DNA of 64,000 bases from Deltaproteobacteria bacterium. Lineage in GTDB: Bacteria; Desulfobacterota; GWC2-55-46. The translations under genes and the position numbers were made by a program. A model generated the notes under the pieces. That model did no database searches and was not told the origin of the DNA. It saw only the letters and a list, made by a program, of their open reading frames with translations. Location: the NCBI GenBank assembly GCA_015075075.1, contig JABTVA010000012.1:4655-68654 (forward strand), given 5' to 3'. Within the stretch, counting starts at the first letter, position 1. Every line of letters begins with the position of its first letter. Below are positions 41,863 to 54,540 of the stretch, piece by piece.

Positions 41863-42024
41863 CAGGCTGCTGAAAAAGTCCATCTGCGTCGAAGGCTACG
41901 TCGCTGGACACTCCGGCGTACGCGAAAAGTTCGCCTCATTCCCAGTTCCCCTGTTCCAATTGGGGCCTCGCACCTGGAACTTTTTGAGCAGCCTGAATAA
42001 AAAACGGGGTTTTTCAGCAAGCTG
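41863..42024 (+). mobile_element. Family B MITE, copy 4
   Basis: CAGGCTGCTGAAAAA..TTTTTCAGCAAGCTG, inner second end TTTTTGAGCAGCCTG. Confidence 0.8.
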
Positions 42025-42034
42025 GTAGAAGCTT

Positions 42035-42899
42035 ATGTCATTCAAGTCAGGTTTCGTTTCCATAATAGGCAGGCCCAACGCGGGCAAGTCCACGCTCTTG
42101 AATAGCGTCCTCGGCGAGAAGATATCCATCGTCTCGCCCAAGCCGCAGACGACCCGGAACGTCGTAAGGGGCATCAAGAACCTCGAAGGCTGCCAGATGG
42201 TCTTCATAGACACGCCCGGCATACACAAGGGCAAGGCCTCCTTAACGAACGGATGGTAAGGGAGGCTGTCGCGTCATTAAAGGACGTGGACGCCGTGGTC
42301 CTCCTTGTCGAGGCCGACAGGCCCGTTACGGACGAGGACAGGCACATAATCAACTCGCTTAAGGGCCTCAAGTGCCCTGTCATTCTCAGGTAAACAAGGT
42401 AGACAGGATAGACAAGCGGCAGATACTCCCGCTTATCCACGAATATTCGAAGATGTACTCGTTCAGGAAGTGATACCTTTCGGCGCTAAAGGAGAGGGTG
42501 AGCTCTTGTCGGTACGCTCTCGGCCCTCATGCCCGAGGTCCAAAATACTTCGGACGACGTCCTTACCGACGTGCCCAGAGGTTCATAGCCGCGGAGATAG
42601 TGAGGGAGAAGGTCTTTCTATTCGTCCGCGAGGAGATACCCTACTCGGTCGCCGTGGTCGTGGACAAGTTCATTGAGAAGAAGGGGCTCATATCCATAAC
42701 CGCCACCATAAACGTCGAGAGGGAGTCCCAGAAGGGCATAATCATCGGCAAGGGCGGGTCCATGCTCAAGAAGATAGGCACTTCCGCGCGCGAGGAGATA
42801 GAGAAGCTCCTCGGCTCCAGGGTTTTTTTGGAGCTGTTCGTCCGCGTCCAGAAGGAGTGGACAAAGAAGCCGGGCGCGCTGAAGGAGTTCGGTTACTGA
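42035..42899 (+). CDS. era: GTPase Era (frameshifted in assembly)
   Basis: [35 protein letters not shown] domain. Confidence 0.93.
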
Positions 42900-42965
42900 G
42901 CCCTTCCCTGCATTATCGTAAGTATCTGTCGCAATCATGAAAGGAGTCCAGGCGTAAGCATCGTT

Positions 42966-44276
42966 ATGAAACCGGTCGTAGCTATCGTCGGCAGGCCCAA
43001 CGTGGGGAAGTCGACCCTTTTTAACAGGCTCCTCGGCAGGAAACGGGCCATCGTGCACGACATGCCGGGGGTAACGAGAGACCTGAATTTTGCCGACATG
43101 GACGAAGGAGGCCGCCAGTTCACCCTCGTGGACACCGGCGGCTTCGAATCCGTTACCGAAGATATCGTCCTTGCCCAGGTGCGGGAGCAGGCCCGTCTCG
43201 CTATCGAGGACGCCGACCTCATAGTGTTCGTCATGGACGGCAGGGCCGGACCTGCCCCGGACGATATCGAGCTCGTAGGGATGCTCAGGAAATCAGGAAA
43301 GCCGGTCGTGTACGCCGTAAACAAGATAGACACGCCCAGGTATGAAGCCCTCGCTATGGAGTTTTACTCGCTCGGCATAGGCGAGGTGCTGGCGATATCC
43401 GCCGAGCACGGAACGGGCATAAACGAGCTCCTGGACGCGGTGCTCGAAAGGCTCCCGGAGAAGGCCCCGGCCCCGGAGGACGAGGATAGGGTGAGGGTCG
43501 CGATAGTGGGAAGGCCCAATGTCGGAAAGTCCTCGCTCCTTAACCGTATAACCGGAAGGCCCAGGGCCATAGTGAGCGCGGTCGCAGGAACGACCAGGGA
43601 CCCTGTGGACATGCCCGTAGACCTCGACGGCAGGAAGTACCTTTTCATCGATACCGCGGGTATCAGGAGGAAGAGCAAGGTCAGCATGACGGTCGAGACC
43701 TACTCGGTCATGGAGGCCATCAGGTCGATAGAGCGGTGCGACGTGGCCATCCTCGTGGTAGACGGCAAGGACGGCATAACCTCGCAGGACGAGAAGATAG
43801 CTGGCCTAATAGAAGACAGGAAAAAATGCTGCATCGTCCTCGTAAACAAGTGGGACCTCGTGGAGAAGGACACGCGGACCGCCGACTACGCGGCGGATAC
43901 CATAAGGAAAAAGCTCCCGTTCATCTCCTACGCGCCGGTAATATTCGTCTCGGCCCTCACGGGCCAGAGGGTGCCGAGGATACTCGAGACAGTGGACGCG
44001 CTCGTCGAAAAGTCAAGGAGGCAGGTGGCCACCTCGGCCCTGAACAGCGCCCTTGAATCCGTGGTCTCAAGGTTCGGCCCGCACGCCTTCAGGGGCAAGG
44101 AAGTGAAGTTCTATTACGCCACCCAGGTCGGCACCGCGCCGCCTGCCTTCATAATCTTCACCAACCACCCGGAGGGCGTCGAGGACTCCTACCAGCGGTA
44201 CCTGGCGTCGGGACTCCGGGAAACACTCGGGCTCGAGGAGGTCCCCTTGAGGCTCGTTTTCAGGGAAAGACATTGA
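42966..44276 (+). CDS. der: Ribosome biogenesis GTPase Der
   Basis: Two GRPNVGKS G-domains, DTGG/DTAG, NKID/NKWD. Confidence 0.97.
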   Translation: MKPVVAIVGRPNVGKSTLFNRLLGRKRAIVHDMPGVTRDLNFADMDEGGRQFTLVDTGGFESVTEDIVLAQVREQARLAIEDADLIVFVMDGRAGPAPDDIELVGMLRKSGKPVVYAVNKIDTPRYEALAMEFYSLGIGEVLAISAEHGTGINELLDAVLERLPEKAPAPEDEDRVRVAIVGRPNVGKSSLLNRITGRPRAIVSAVAGTTRDPVDMPVDLDGRKYLFIDTAGIRRKSKVSMTVETYSVMEAIRSIERCDVAILVVDGKDGITSQDEKIAGLIEDRKKCCIVLVNKWDLVEKDTRTADYAADTIRKKLPFISYAPVIFVSALTGQRVPRILETVDALVEKSRRQVATSALNSALESVVSRFGPHAFRGKEVKFYYATQVGTAPPAFIIFTNHPEGVEDSYQRYLASGLRETLGLEEVPLRLVFRERH

Positions 44277-44279
44277 GGG

Positions 44280-45131
44280 ATGAGGGAACTGGTATCCGTC
44301 GCCCGTGAGGGGATAAGGATATTCATGCGGACAGGCGGCTCGACGAACGCCGCCGCCATTTCCTTCTACGCCTTCTTTTCGCTCATACCCGTCATGTTCT
44401 TAGTGACCGCCGGGGTCGGCTTCGTCCTCGGCGCGAATCCCGAGCTCCAGGAAAGGGTCGTGGGCATGGTGAGCGAGAGCCTTCCCTACCTGAGCGACAC
44501 TATAATCAGCGAGCTCGATGAGCTTTCGGAGAACTGGAGGACCTTCGGCTGGATAGGCCTCCTCTCGCTCGTCTTCGCGGCGGAGTTCGTGATGGGCGCG
44601 ATGGTCCGGGCGCTTACCGCGATATTCGGCACGGAAAAGAGCTTCGGGATACTCCGCACAAGGCTCATAGGCCTCTTTATGATACTCCTCGCCATCCTGG
44701 CCGCGCTCTCATCCGTGGCCGTTACCGCCCTGTCGTACACCATCCAGGACCTCAATACCGGAATACAGGGGCTCCAGTACGTTTTTAATCTTCTTTCGCT
44801 CCTGCTGTTCGGGCTCATACTGCCCTTCCTGCTGGTGGCCGGCATAATAGCCGTGGTCTTCAGGGTGCTTGCGAGGGCAAACCTGGATTTCAGGCACGCC
44901 TTCCTGGGCAGCATGGTCTTCGCCGTCCTATGGGAGGCGGCAAAACAGCTCTTCGCCCTCTACGTAGCGAACTTTCAGAGTTATAATAAGTTCTACGGCT
45001 CCATAGGCGCGCTCATGATACTCCTCATGTGGATATACTATTCCGCGAGCCTGTTTCTTCTTTCGGCGTCGGTTGCCAGGGCCGCTTACCTCGCCTCGGG
45101 GTCGAGGCGGACGACGCGGCGAGCACATTGA
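44280..45131 (+). CDS. YihY/BrkB family membrane protein
   Basis: AAAISFYAFFSLIP, YGSIGALMILLMWIY. Confidence 0.88.
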   Translation: MRELVSVAREGIRIFMRTGGSTNAAAISFYAFFSLIPVMFLVTAGVGFVLGANPELQERVVGMVSESLPYLSDTIISELDELSENWRTFGWIGLLSLVFAAEFVMGAMVRALTAIFGTEKSFGILRTRLIGLFMILLAILAALSSVAVTALSYTIQDLNTGIQGLQYVFNLLSLLLFGLILPFLLVAGIIAVVFRVLARANLDFRHAFLGSMVFAVLWEAAKQLFALYVANFQSYNKFYGSIGALMILLMWIYYSASLFLLSASVARAAYLASGSRRTTRRAH

Positions 45132-45258
45132 AAACCGTGGTCTTTACGGGGGTTACGTGCTTTTGTGGCCGAGATTTTTATTGTAAAACGGCGAAATCTG
45201 TGACACAATTATTCGTATTTAAGTTGCGATGAAAACTACTCATTACATAGGAGCATAG

Positions 45259-47163
<1,905 letters not shown>

Positions 47164-47166
47164 AGC

Positions 47167-47196
47167 AGGCCGGACGCCCTGAGGCGTCCGGCCTTT
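47167..47196 (+). terminator. Hairpin terminator after ftsH
   Basis: 12-bp stem AGGCCGGACGCC/GGCGTCCGGCCT followed by short T run. Confidence 0.6.
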
Positions 47197-47228
47197 AACC
47201 CTTAAAACATATTATTCCGGATTTTCCA

Positions 47229-48431
47229 TTGAGGTTGCCCGTACGGTGTCTTGAGATCTTTTCAGCCGAGAGCTCAGAGAGAGAAATGGAGCGGATCGGA
47301 GTCGACCCCGCCGGGGTCCGCATAATGGCCCCGAAGCATTTCCATTACAACCTGAAGATAGAGGGGCTCACCCCGGCAGAGGCGAATATCCTGAAGCAGG
47401 ACGCACTTTCCATCGGGGGCGAGGCCGCGGTCGCATGGGGGACGGTCTCTTCGGCAGTAGAGCGGACCGGCGCCGTAGTCTCGGGCACGCTCAGGCAGAT
47501 AAACGACCTCATAGGCAAGCTCGAATGCCAGCCTTTCGGCCTACCGGAGGTCGCTGGCTCGCTCAGGAGGGCCTTAGGTAACAGGGACCTCCAAACCTGG
47601 TCCGTCCGGGGCCGGAAACGGAGCTTCGAGGTCGGCCCCCGCACGGTCATAATGGGGATATTGAACGTTACCCCGGATTCCTTCTCGGACGGAGGGAGGT
47701 TCCTGGACTTCGACGCCGCAGTCCGCAGGGGGCTTGAGATGCTCGAAGATGGCGCGGACTGGATAGACGTAGGCGGCGAGTCCACGAGGCCCGGGGCCGA
47801 GCCGGTCGATGCGGCTTCCGAGGCCGCCCGGGTCGTCCCGGTCATAGAGGCCCTCTCAAAAGCGGGGGCGACCGTATCCGTCGATACGACAAAGGCGGAG
47901 GTCGCCGGGGCGGCCCTTGAGGCCGGGGCCTCCATCGTAAACGATATAAGCGCCATGTCGTTTGACGAGAGGATGGCGGAAGTGGTCGCGGAAAGCGGGG
48001 CGCCGGTCGTCCTAATGCACACGAGGGGCACGCCCGGGACCATGCAGCTCGACACCTCATACGATGACCTCATGGGGGAGGTCTACGGCTGGCTGCATTC
48101 GAGAATCGAATACGCCATATCAAAGGGGATAGACCCCGAGAGCACTATCATAGACCCCGGCATCGGCTTCGGGAAGTCAGGCGAGGGCAATATAGAGATA
48201 TTGAAGAGGCTAAGGGAGCTTAAGTCGCTGGGCAGGCCCGTTCTCGCGGGTCCTTCGAGGAAGTCCTTCCTCGGGAAGTTCTCGACCGGCGAGGGGGCGG
48301 GAGAGAGGCTTCCGGCGACGCTGGCGGCCCTGGCCGTGTCGGTCCTGAACGGCGCCTCCATACTCAGGGTGCATGACGTAAGGGAAGCCAGGGAGGCTTC
48401 CGCGCTCGCGGACGCGGTGGCTCAATTGTGA
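47229..48431 (+). CDS. folP: Dihydropteroate synthase with N-terminal extension
   Basis: MGILNVTPDSFSDGG, GGESTRPG, DPGIGFGK, SRKSF, RVHDV. Confidence 0.95.
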   Translation: MRLPVRCLEIFSAESSEREMERIGVDPAGVRIMAPKHFHYNLKIEGLTPAEANILKQDALSIGGEAAVAWGTVSSAVERTGAVVSGTLRQINDLIGKLECQPFGLPEVAGSLRRALGNRDLQTWSVRGRKRSFEVGPRTVIMGILNVTPDSFSDGGRFLDFDAAVRRGLEMLEDGADWIDVGGESTRPGAEPVDAASEAARVVPVIEALSKAGATVSVDTTKAEVAGAALEAGASIVNDISAMSFDERMAEVVAESGAPVVLMHTRGTPGTMQLDTSYDDLMGEVYGWLHSRIEYAISKGIDPESTIIDPGIGFGKSGEGNIEILKRLRELKSLGRPVLAGPSRKSFLGKFSTGEGAGERLPATLAALAVSVLNGASILRVHDVREAREASALADAVAQL

Positions 48432-49233
48432 ACTTCATGGAGAACATATTCGGCTTCAACGCCGTGGTGGCCGTGCTCGACGTCCTCATCGTGGCCTTCG
48501 TCCTCTACTGGCTCATGCTCATGTTCAAGGGCACCAGGGCCGAGAGGATGCTCTGGGGGCTCGGGATAATCGTGACGGTCTACTTCGTCTCCCAGAGGTT
48601 CGAGCTCCTGACGCTCCACTGGATACTCTCGAACTTCCTCGGGTCCATAGTCATATTCATCATAGTCGGATTCCAGCAGGACATAAGGCGGGCGCTCGTC
48701 CCATGGGCAAGCCCTTCAGCACCAGGGACGCAATGACCTCGGACGGCGCTCTCGACGAGGTGGTCAAGGCCGTTTCGACAATGTCGGAGTCGAGGACCGG
48801 CGGCATCATCGTGCTGGAGCGCTCGATAGACCTCACTGACTTCATCGGCGACGGGGCCGGGCTCGAGGTGGACGCGAAGGTCTCGAAGGAGCTCATCCTT
48901 TCGATATTCAACCCGTCATCCCCCATACACGACGGCGCGGTAATGATACGGAAGGGCAGGGTGCTCAGGGCCGGGTGCATACTGCCGCTCACCAATAAGG
49001 ACCTCTCGAAGTCCATGGGCACGAGGCACAGGGCCGCGATAGGCCTTGCCGAGGAGACGGACGCGGCCATAATAGTCGTCTCCGAGGAGACCGGAGAGGT
49101 GACGCTCGCGGTCGAGGACGGCCTTTTCGTGGGGCTCGGGGCCGAGAAGCTCCTTGACGACCTTAGAAAGCTCTTTGCCGCGGGTTTTGCCGACACCGAT
49201 GCCATATTCCCCTGGAGGACCGGGGCGAAATGA
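48428..49233 (+). CDS. cdaA: Diadenylate cyclase CdaA (frameshift ~48700)
   Basis: Three TMs, FQQDIRRAL, HDGA, GTRHRAA. Confidence 0.92.
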
Positions 49234-49877
49234 GGTCCTTTTTAGCGTCCAACACGAAGCTCAAGGTACTGGCCCTCGTATTCGCGCTTGCGCTCTGGTT
49301 TTTCGTGGCCGGGCAGTCGAGGACCGAGGTGGGCTTCCTGGTGCCGCTGGGCTTCAAGGGTATACCAAAGGACATGGTCATGACCAGCATGCCGCCGGAC
49401 GAGCTGGAGGTGAGGGTAACCGGGCCCAAGCTCTTCATAAACAACCTATCGCCCACCCAGATAACCGCAGAGATAGACTTGAGCGGCGCAAGGGAGGGGC
49501 TCAATACCTACCGCATACAGTCCAAGGACATAATAACGCCCATGGGCGTCGAGGTCCAGAGGCTCCGGCCAAGCTCCATAGAGGTGAAGCTCGAGAAGAT
49601 GGTCAGGGCAGAGCTGCCCGTAAAGGCGAGGCTCACCGGCAGGCCCGCGGCCGGGTACAGGGTCGCGGACGTGGCCGTAGCGCCGACGACCGTATCGGTA
49701 ACGGGCACTGAAAAGGAGATGAGGAAGTTAAAAGAGATAAGCACCAGGCCCATCGACATCTCCGGGATAGACGCCCCGCTGAGCGTCAAGGTCCAGTTGG
49801 ACCATGCAGGCCTTGAGCTCCGGAGCCTGAGCGTCGAGAGCGTTGAAGTGAGAATACTCCCGAGGAAGGAGAGATAG
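49230..49877 (+). CDS. cdaR: YbbR/CdaR family regulator
   Basis: KVLALVFALALW anchor, two YbbR-like repeats, between cdaA and glmM. Confidence 0.85.
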   Translation: MRSFLASNTKLKVLALVFALALWFFVAGQSRTEVGFLVPLGFKGIPKDMVMTSMPPDELEVRVTGPKLFINNLSPTQITAEIDLSGAREGLNTYRIQSKDIITPMGVEVQRLRPSSIEVKLEKMVRAELPVKARLTGRPAAGYRVADVAVAPTTVSVTGTEKEMRKLKEISTRPIDISGIDAPLSVKVQLDHAGLELRSLSVESVEVRILPRKER

Positions 49878-49880
49878 CCC

Positions 49881-51239
49881 ATGCAGGCCAGGAAGAGGCT
49901 CTTCGGCACCGACGGCGTAAGGGGTGTCGCGAACATCGAGCCAATGACCGCCGAGATGGCCCTGCAGCTCGGCAGGGCCATCGCCTACATATTCAAGCAG
50001 GAGGCGAGGCGCCACAGGATAGTGGTCGGCAAGGACACCCGGCTCTCGGGCTACATGATCGAGGGCGCGATGATGGCGGGCATCTGCTCAATGGGGGTGG
50101 ACGCGCTCATGGTGGGGCCGCTCCCGACCCCGGGCATAGCCTTTCTCACCTCCAGCATGAGGGCTGACGCGGGTGTGGTCATCTCGGCCTCACACAACCA
50201 GTACCAGGACAACGGGATAAAGTTCTTCTCGAGGAGCGGCCTTAAGCTCCCGGACGAGATGGAGCTTAAGATAGAGGAGTTCATCTTCGAGAACCAGGAC
50301 CCGAGCCACCGCCCGACGGCGAGCGAGGTCGGCAAGGCATACAGGGTCGACGACGCGATAGGCCGCTACGTCGTATTCGCCAAGAACACCTTCCCGAAAG
50401 AGCTTACGCTCGACGGCCTGAAGATAGCCGTTGACTGCGCGAACGGGGCCGCGTACAAGGTGGCCCCGGCGGTCTTCTACGAGCTCGGGGCCGAGGTCAT
50501 ACCCCTGGGCGTGAAGCCCGACGGCGAGAACATAAACCGCGACTGCGGTGCGCTCCACCCGGAGAGGCTCGCGGCAGCGGTGAGGGAGTCGGGGGCGCAC
50601 GCGGGGTTCGCGCTCGACGGAGACGGCGACAGGTGCATCATGGTCGACGAGAAGGGCAATATCCTCGACGGCGACCATATGCTCGCGGTCTCGGCCACGG
50701 CCATGCTGAGGGAGGGCTCCCTCAAGGGCAATACGGTAGTCGCCACCATAATGAGCAACTCGGGCCTTGAGGAGGCCATAGAGCGGGCCGGTGGCAAGGT
50801 CGTAAGGACCTCTGTCGGCGACAGGTACGTTGTCGAGGAGATGCTCAGGCGCGGCTACAACCTCGGGGGAGAGCAGTCCGGGCATATCGTCCACCTCGAC
50901 CACACCACGACCGGGGACGGCGTCATCTCGGCCCTGCAGGTCTTGAAGAGGATGGCCGGGGAGGGAAAGCCGCTTTCCGAACTCGCCTCGGCCATGAAGA
51001 CCTACCCGCAGATACTCCTCAACGTAAGGGTCAGGGAGAAAAAGGACCTGGGCTCCATACCGGCGGTCGCGAAGGCGTTGAAGGCGGTGGAGGAGAAGCT
51101 CAGGAACAGGGGCCGTGCGTTCATACGCTACTCCGGCACCGAGCCGCTCGCTCGGATAACCATAGAGGGCGAGAAAGAGGACGAGATCTCGGTCATGGCC
51201 AACGAGCTTGCGGAGCTATTGAAAAAGGAAATAGGCTGA
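49881..51239 (+). CDS. glmM: Phosphoglucosamine mutase
   Basis: [34 protein letters not shown]. Confidence 0.97.
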   Translation: MQARKRLFGTDGVRGVANIEPMTAEMALQLGRAIAYIFKQEARRHRIVVGKDTRLSGYMIEGAMMAGICSMGVDALMVGPLPTPGIAFLTSSMRADAGVVISASHNQYQDNGIKFFSRSGLKLPDEMELKIEEFIFENQDPSHRPTASEVGKAYRVDDAIGRYVVFAKNTFPKELTLDGLKIAVDCANGAAYKVAPAVFYELGAEVIPLGVKPDGENINRDCGALHPERLAAAVRESGAHAGFALDGDGDRCIMVDEKGNILDGDHMLAVSATAMLREGSLKGNTVVATIMSNSGLEEAIERAGGKVVRTSVGDRYVVEEMLRRGYNLGGEQSGHIVHLDHTTTGDGVISALQVLKRMAGEGKPLSELASAMKTYPQILLNVRVREKKDLGSIPAVAKALKAVEEKLRNRGRAFIRYSGTEPLARITIEGEKEDEISVMANELAELLKKEIG

Positions 51240-51240
51240 C

Positions 51241-51375
51241 GGCAACCTCTAAAATTTGATTTTTTCCCCGGACTCTTTGTCAGGCCGGGAATGCTCACAT
51301 ATTATCATATATGCTCCTTTTTATTCCCGGCCTTCCGGGAAAAGCGGGAAAAATCTCTAATTTTTAGAGGTTGCC
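51241..51375 (+). mobile_element. Family A element, copy 5
   Basis: GGCAACCTCTAAAA..TTTTAGAGGTTGCC, 1 bp after glmM stop. Confidence 0.85.
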
Positions 51376-51417
51376 TGAAGCGGAATTTTGAATAAGGCTG
51401 GAAGGAGAGTCGTTCTG

Positions 51418-52145
51418 ATGTCGAAGCTTTCTGTGAACGTTGACCACGTAGCTACAATAAGGCAGGCGCGGCTCGGAAGCGAGCCGGACCCGGTCGCCGC
51501 GGCGGTGATGGCGGAGCTTGCAGGCGCGGACGGCATAACCGTCCACCTCCGGGAGGACAGGAGGCACATACAGGACAGGACCTCCGGGTCTTGAGGAAAA
51601 CGGCAAAGACCGAGCTTAACCTTGAGATGGCGGCAACGAAAGAGATGCTCGACATGGCGCTTGAGGTGAAGCCCGAGCTGGTGACGCTCGTCCCGGAGAA
51701 GAGGAAGGAGCTTACGACCGAGGGCGGGCTCGACCTTAAGTCGCACGCCGAGCACCTTAAAAAGTTCGTGGGTCAGCTCAAGGACGGACGCATAAGGGTG
51801 AACCTCTTCATAGACCCCTCGCCCGAGGCCGTAAAGGCCTCTGCCAGGATCGGCTCCGACGGGGTCGAGCTCCACACGGGCACATACGCCGAAGCCAGGG
51901 GGGTGCAGGCAAGGCAGAATGAGATCAGGAGGATACACGTTTCGGCGGTGCTGTCTGGGAAGCTCGGGCTTAAGGCGCACGCTGGGCACGGCCTCGACTA
52001 CCTGAACATCCGCGACGTCGCGGCCATAAGGGAGATAGACGGCTTCGCCATAGGGTTCAGCATCGTCTCCCGCGCGGTATATACCGGCATCGGCGAGGCG
52101 GTCCGCGAGATGAAGCGCCTCATAATGGAATCGAGGCCCTGGTAG
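51418..52145 (+). CDS. pdxJ: Pyridoxine 5'-phosphate synthase (frameshift ~51585)
   Basis: [38 protein letters not shown]. Confidence 0.94.
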
Positions 52146-52152
52146 TAAAGCC

Positions 52153-52503
52153 ATGATCCACGGCATTGGCATAGACGCTGTCGAGGTCCCCAGGTTCAAG
52201 CGGGCAATGGATAGGTGGGGGGAAAGGCTTACCTCAAGGCTCTTTACCGGGCCGGAGCTCGCGTATTCGCTCCGCCTGAGGAGGCCTGAGCGCCACCTTG
52301 CCGCTCGGTTCGCCGCCAAGGTGAGCTTCTTCAAGGCCCTCGGAAGACCCGTGCCGTGGAGGGACGTTGAGGTCGTAAGGGCCTCGTCCGGCGCGCCCGC
52401 CCTTAGCGTAAAGGGGCTATCGGACGGCATGAGGGTCAGCGTTTCCATATCGCACGACGGGGACCTGAGCATCGCTGAGACCATAATCGAGAGGGACTCT
52501 TGA
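52153..52503 (+). CDS. acpS: Holo-ACP synthase
   Basis: GIGID.VE, AARFAAK, VSISHD. Confidence 0.9.
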   Translation: MIHGIGIDAVEVPRFKRAMDRWGERLTSRLFTGPELAYSLRLRRPERHLAARFAAKVSFFKALGRPVPWRDVEVVRASSGAPALSVKGLSDGMRVSVSISHDGDLSIAETIIERDS

Positions 52504-54047
52504 AGGCCGCCGATTCCGAGACCATACGCAAGGTTGACAAGGCCGCGCTGGAGAGGTACGGCCTTACAGGTTTGCAGCTCATGGAGAACGCCGGGCGGGG
52601 TGTGGCCGAAATCGCGCTGAAGGAGGCCGCTCCGGGCCGGGTTGCCATATTCGCCGGAAGAGGGAATAACGGCGGGGATGGCTATGTGGCTGCCAGGCAC
52701 CTGAGGAACTCGGGGCGCGATGCCGTCGTCTATTCCCTTTGCAGGATCGAGGAGCTAAGCGGGGATGCCGCGACGAACGCGTGGGTATGGCGGAAGATGG
52801 GAGGCGAGGTACGGGAGGTGCTTTCAAGCGCGGACCTCGATTCAGCCGCGTCCTCGATAAGGCATTCGGCCATCATCGTCGACGCGATATTCGGGACAGG
52901 GCTTAAGACGGAGGTTTCAGGGATACACGCGAGCGCGATAGAGTCCATAAACTCTCTCGGGAAAAAGACCATAGCCGTCGACGTCCCCTCAGGCATAGAC
53001 GCCACTACCGGTAATGTGCTGGGCTCTGCCGTGAGGGCCGACATCACGGCCACGATGGCAATGCCCAAGCTCGGGTTGCTCCTGTATCCCGGAAGGACTT
53101 ACGCGGGAAGGGTGGAGGTAATAGACATAGGGGTGCCGCACGAGCTCCTGGAGGACGGCGGCATAAGATGGAACGTCCTTACCGGGGCTGATATAAGAAA
53201 GACCCTGAGGCCCAGGAGGCCCGAGTCCCATAAGTCAACCCACGGGCATCTCCTCGTGCTCGCGGGCTCTCCCGGCATGACCGGGGCCGCTTACATGGCG
53301 GCTGTCTCCGCCATGCGGGCCGGGGCAGGGCTTGCCACCGTCGGAGTTCCGGAACGGCTTAACGATATCATAGAGGCAAAGACGACCGAGGTGATGAGCC
53401 TGGGGCTTCCGGAGACCCGGGAAGGGACCCTGGGCGGAGTCTCCTTCGAGGCGATAAAGAAGCTCCTGCCCGGCAAGACCGCCGTCGTGGTCGGCCCCGG
53501 GATGAGGAGCTCGGATGAGGCAAGGCGCCTTATAGAGATGCTCCTTCACGAGGTCAGGGTCCCGGTCGTGATCGACGCCGACGGGCTCAATTCCTTCGGC
53601 CCCGGGATAGCCGCCGTCAAGAGAGAGGGCCTGGATATCGTCCTTACCCCGCATCCGGGCGAGATGGCAAGGCTGCTCGGGAGGAGCGCGGCTGAGGTCC
53701 AGTCCGACAGGATAGGCGCGGCAGAGGAGCTTACGCGCTTAACCGGCGCAACGGTCGTCTTGAAGGGCGCCGGGACCCTAATAGCCGTCCCCTCGGGCGA
53801 GATATTCATAAACCCCACGGGAAACCCGGGGCTTGCTACCGCCGGCACAGGCGACGTGCTCGCCGGCATGCTCGGCGGCCTCCTTGCCCAGGGCTACAGC
53901 CCGGTCCAGGCCGCGTGCACCGCCTCCTACATCCACGGCCTTGCCGGCGACGAGGTGAAGAGGGCGCAGGGCGAGCTCGGGATGATGGCGATGGACCTCG
54001 TGCCGGAGATCCCCCGGCTCATGAATTCCTTTATAGACCACGCCTGA
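52500..54047 (+). CDS. nnr: Bifunctional NAD(P)H-hydrate epimerase/dehydratase
   Basis: LMENAG, GNNGGDG, DAIFGTG, TPHPGE, ATAGTGDVL. Confidence 0.95.
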   Translation: MKAADSETIRKVDKAALERYGLTGLQLMENAGRGVAEIALKEAAPGRVAIFAGRGNNGGDGYVAARHLRNSGRDAVVYSLCRIEELSGDAATNAWVWRKMGGEVREVLSSADLDSAASSIRHSAIIVDAIFGTGLKTEVSGIHASAIESINSLGKKTIAVDVPSGIDATTGNVLGSAVRADITATMAMPKLGLLLYPGRTYAGRVEVIDIGVPHELLEDGGIRWNVLTGADIRKTLRPRRPESHKSTHGHLLVLAGSPGMTGAAYMAAVSAMRAGAGLATVGVPERLNDIIEAKTTEVMSLGLPETREGTLGGVSFEAIKKLLPGKTAVVVGPGMRSSDEARRLIEMLLHEVRVPVVIDADGLNSFGPGIAAVKREGLDIVLTPHPGEMARLLGRSAAEVQSDRIGAAEELTRLTGATVVLKGAGTLIAVPSGEIFINPTGNPGLATAGTGDVLAGMLGGLLAQGYSPVQAACTASYIHGLAGDEVKRAQGELGMMAMDLVPEIPRLMNSFIDHA

Positions 54048-54509
54048 ATGGAAGAGGCGTTCACATACCTGACTTCCTCCCCCGAAGAGACGGAGCGCAT
54101 AGGCGAAGGGCTCGCAGGGAAGCTCGGGGCAGGGGACTGTGTGGCGCTCACCGGCGAGCTCGGCGGCGGCAAGACCCGTTTCGTAAGGGGCATGGCCAGG
54201 GGTCTGGGCGCAAAAGGGGCGGTAAAAAGCCCGAGCTTCACGATACTCAACATCTACGAAGGGGGCAGGCTTCCCCTCTACCACATGGACCTCTACAGGA
54301 TAATGGGAGAGGAGGAGTTCCTTTTCGCGGGGCTCGAGGAATATGTCCACGGGAAGGGGGTCGCCGTCGTCGAATGGGCCGAGCGCGCGCCCTCGCTCCT
54401 CCGTGATTGCAGGATAACGGTCCGGTTCAGGTACGTCTCGGATACCGAGAGGGAGATCGAGATCAGGATAAAAGACGACGCTGGAAAGCATGAAAAGCCT
54501 GTGTTATAA
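54048..54509 (+). CDS. tsaE: tRNA threonylcarbamoyladenosine biosynthesis ATPase
   Basis: GELGGGKT, KSPSF, HMDLYR, VEWA. Confidence 0.95.
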   Translation: MEEAFTYLTSSPEETERIGEGLAGKLGAGDCVALTGELGGGKTRFVRGMARGLGAKGAVKSPSFTILNIYEGGRLPLYHMDLYRIMGEEEFLFAGLEEYVHGKGVAVVEWAERAPSLLRDCRITVRFRYVSDTEREIEIRIKDDAGKHEKPVL

Positions 54510-54540
54510 GTGAAAGACTTATATTTTATAGCGGGGGTAT

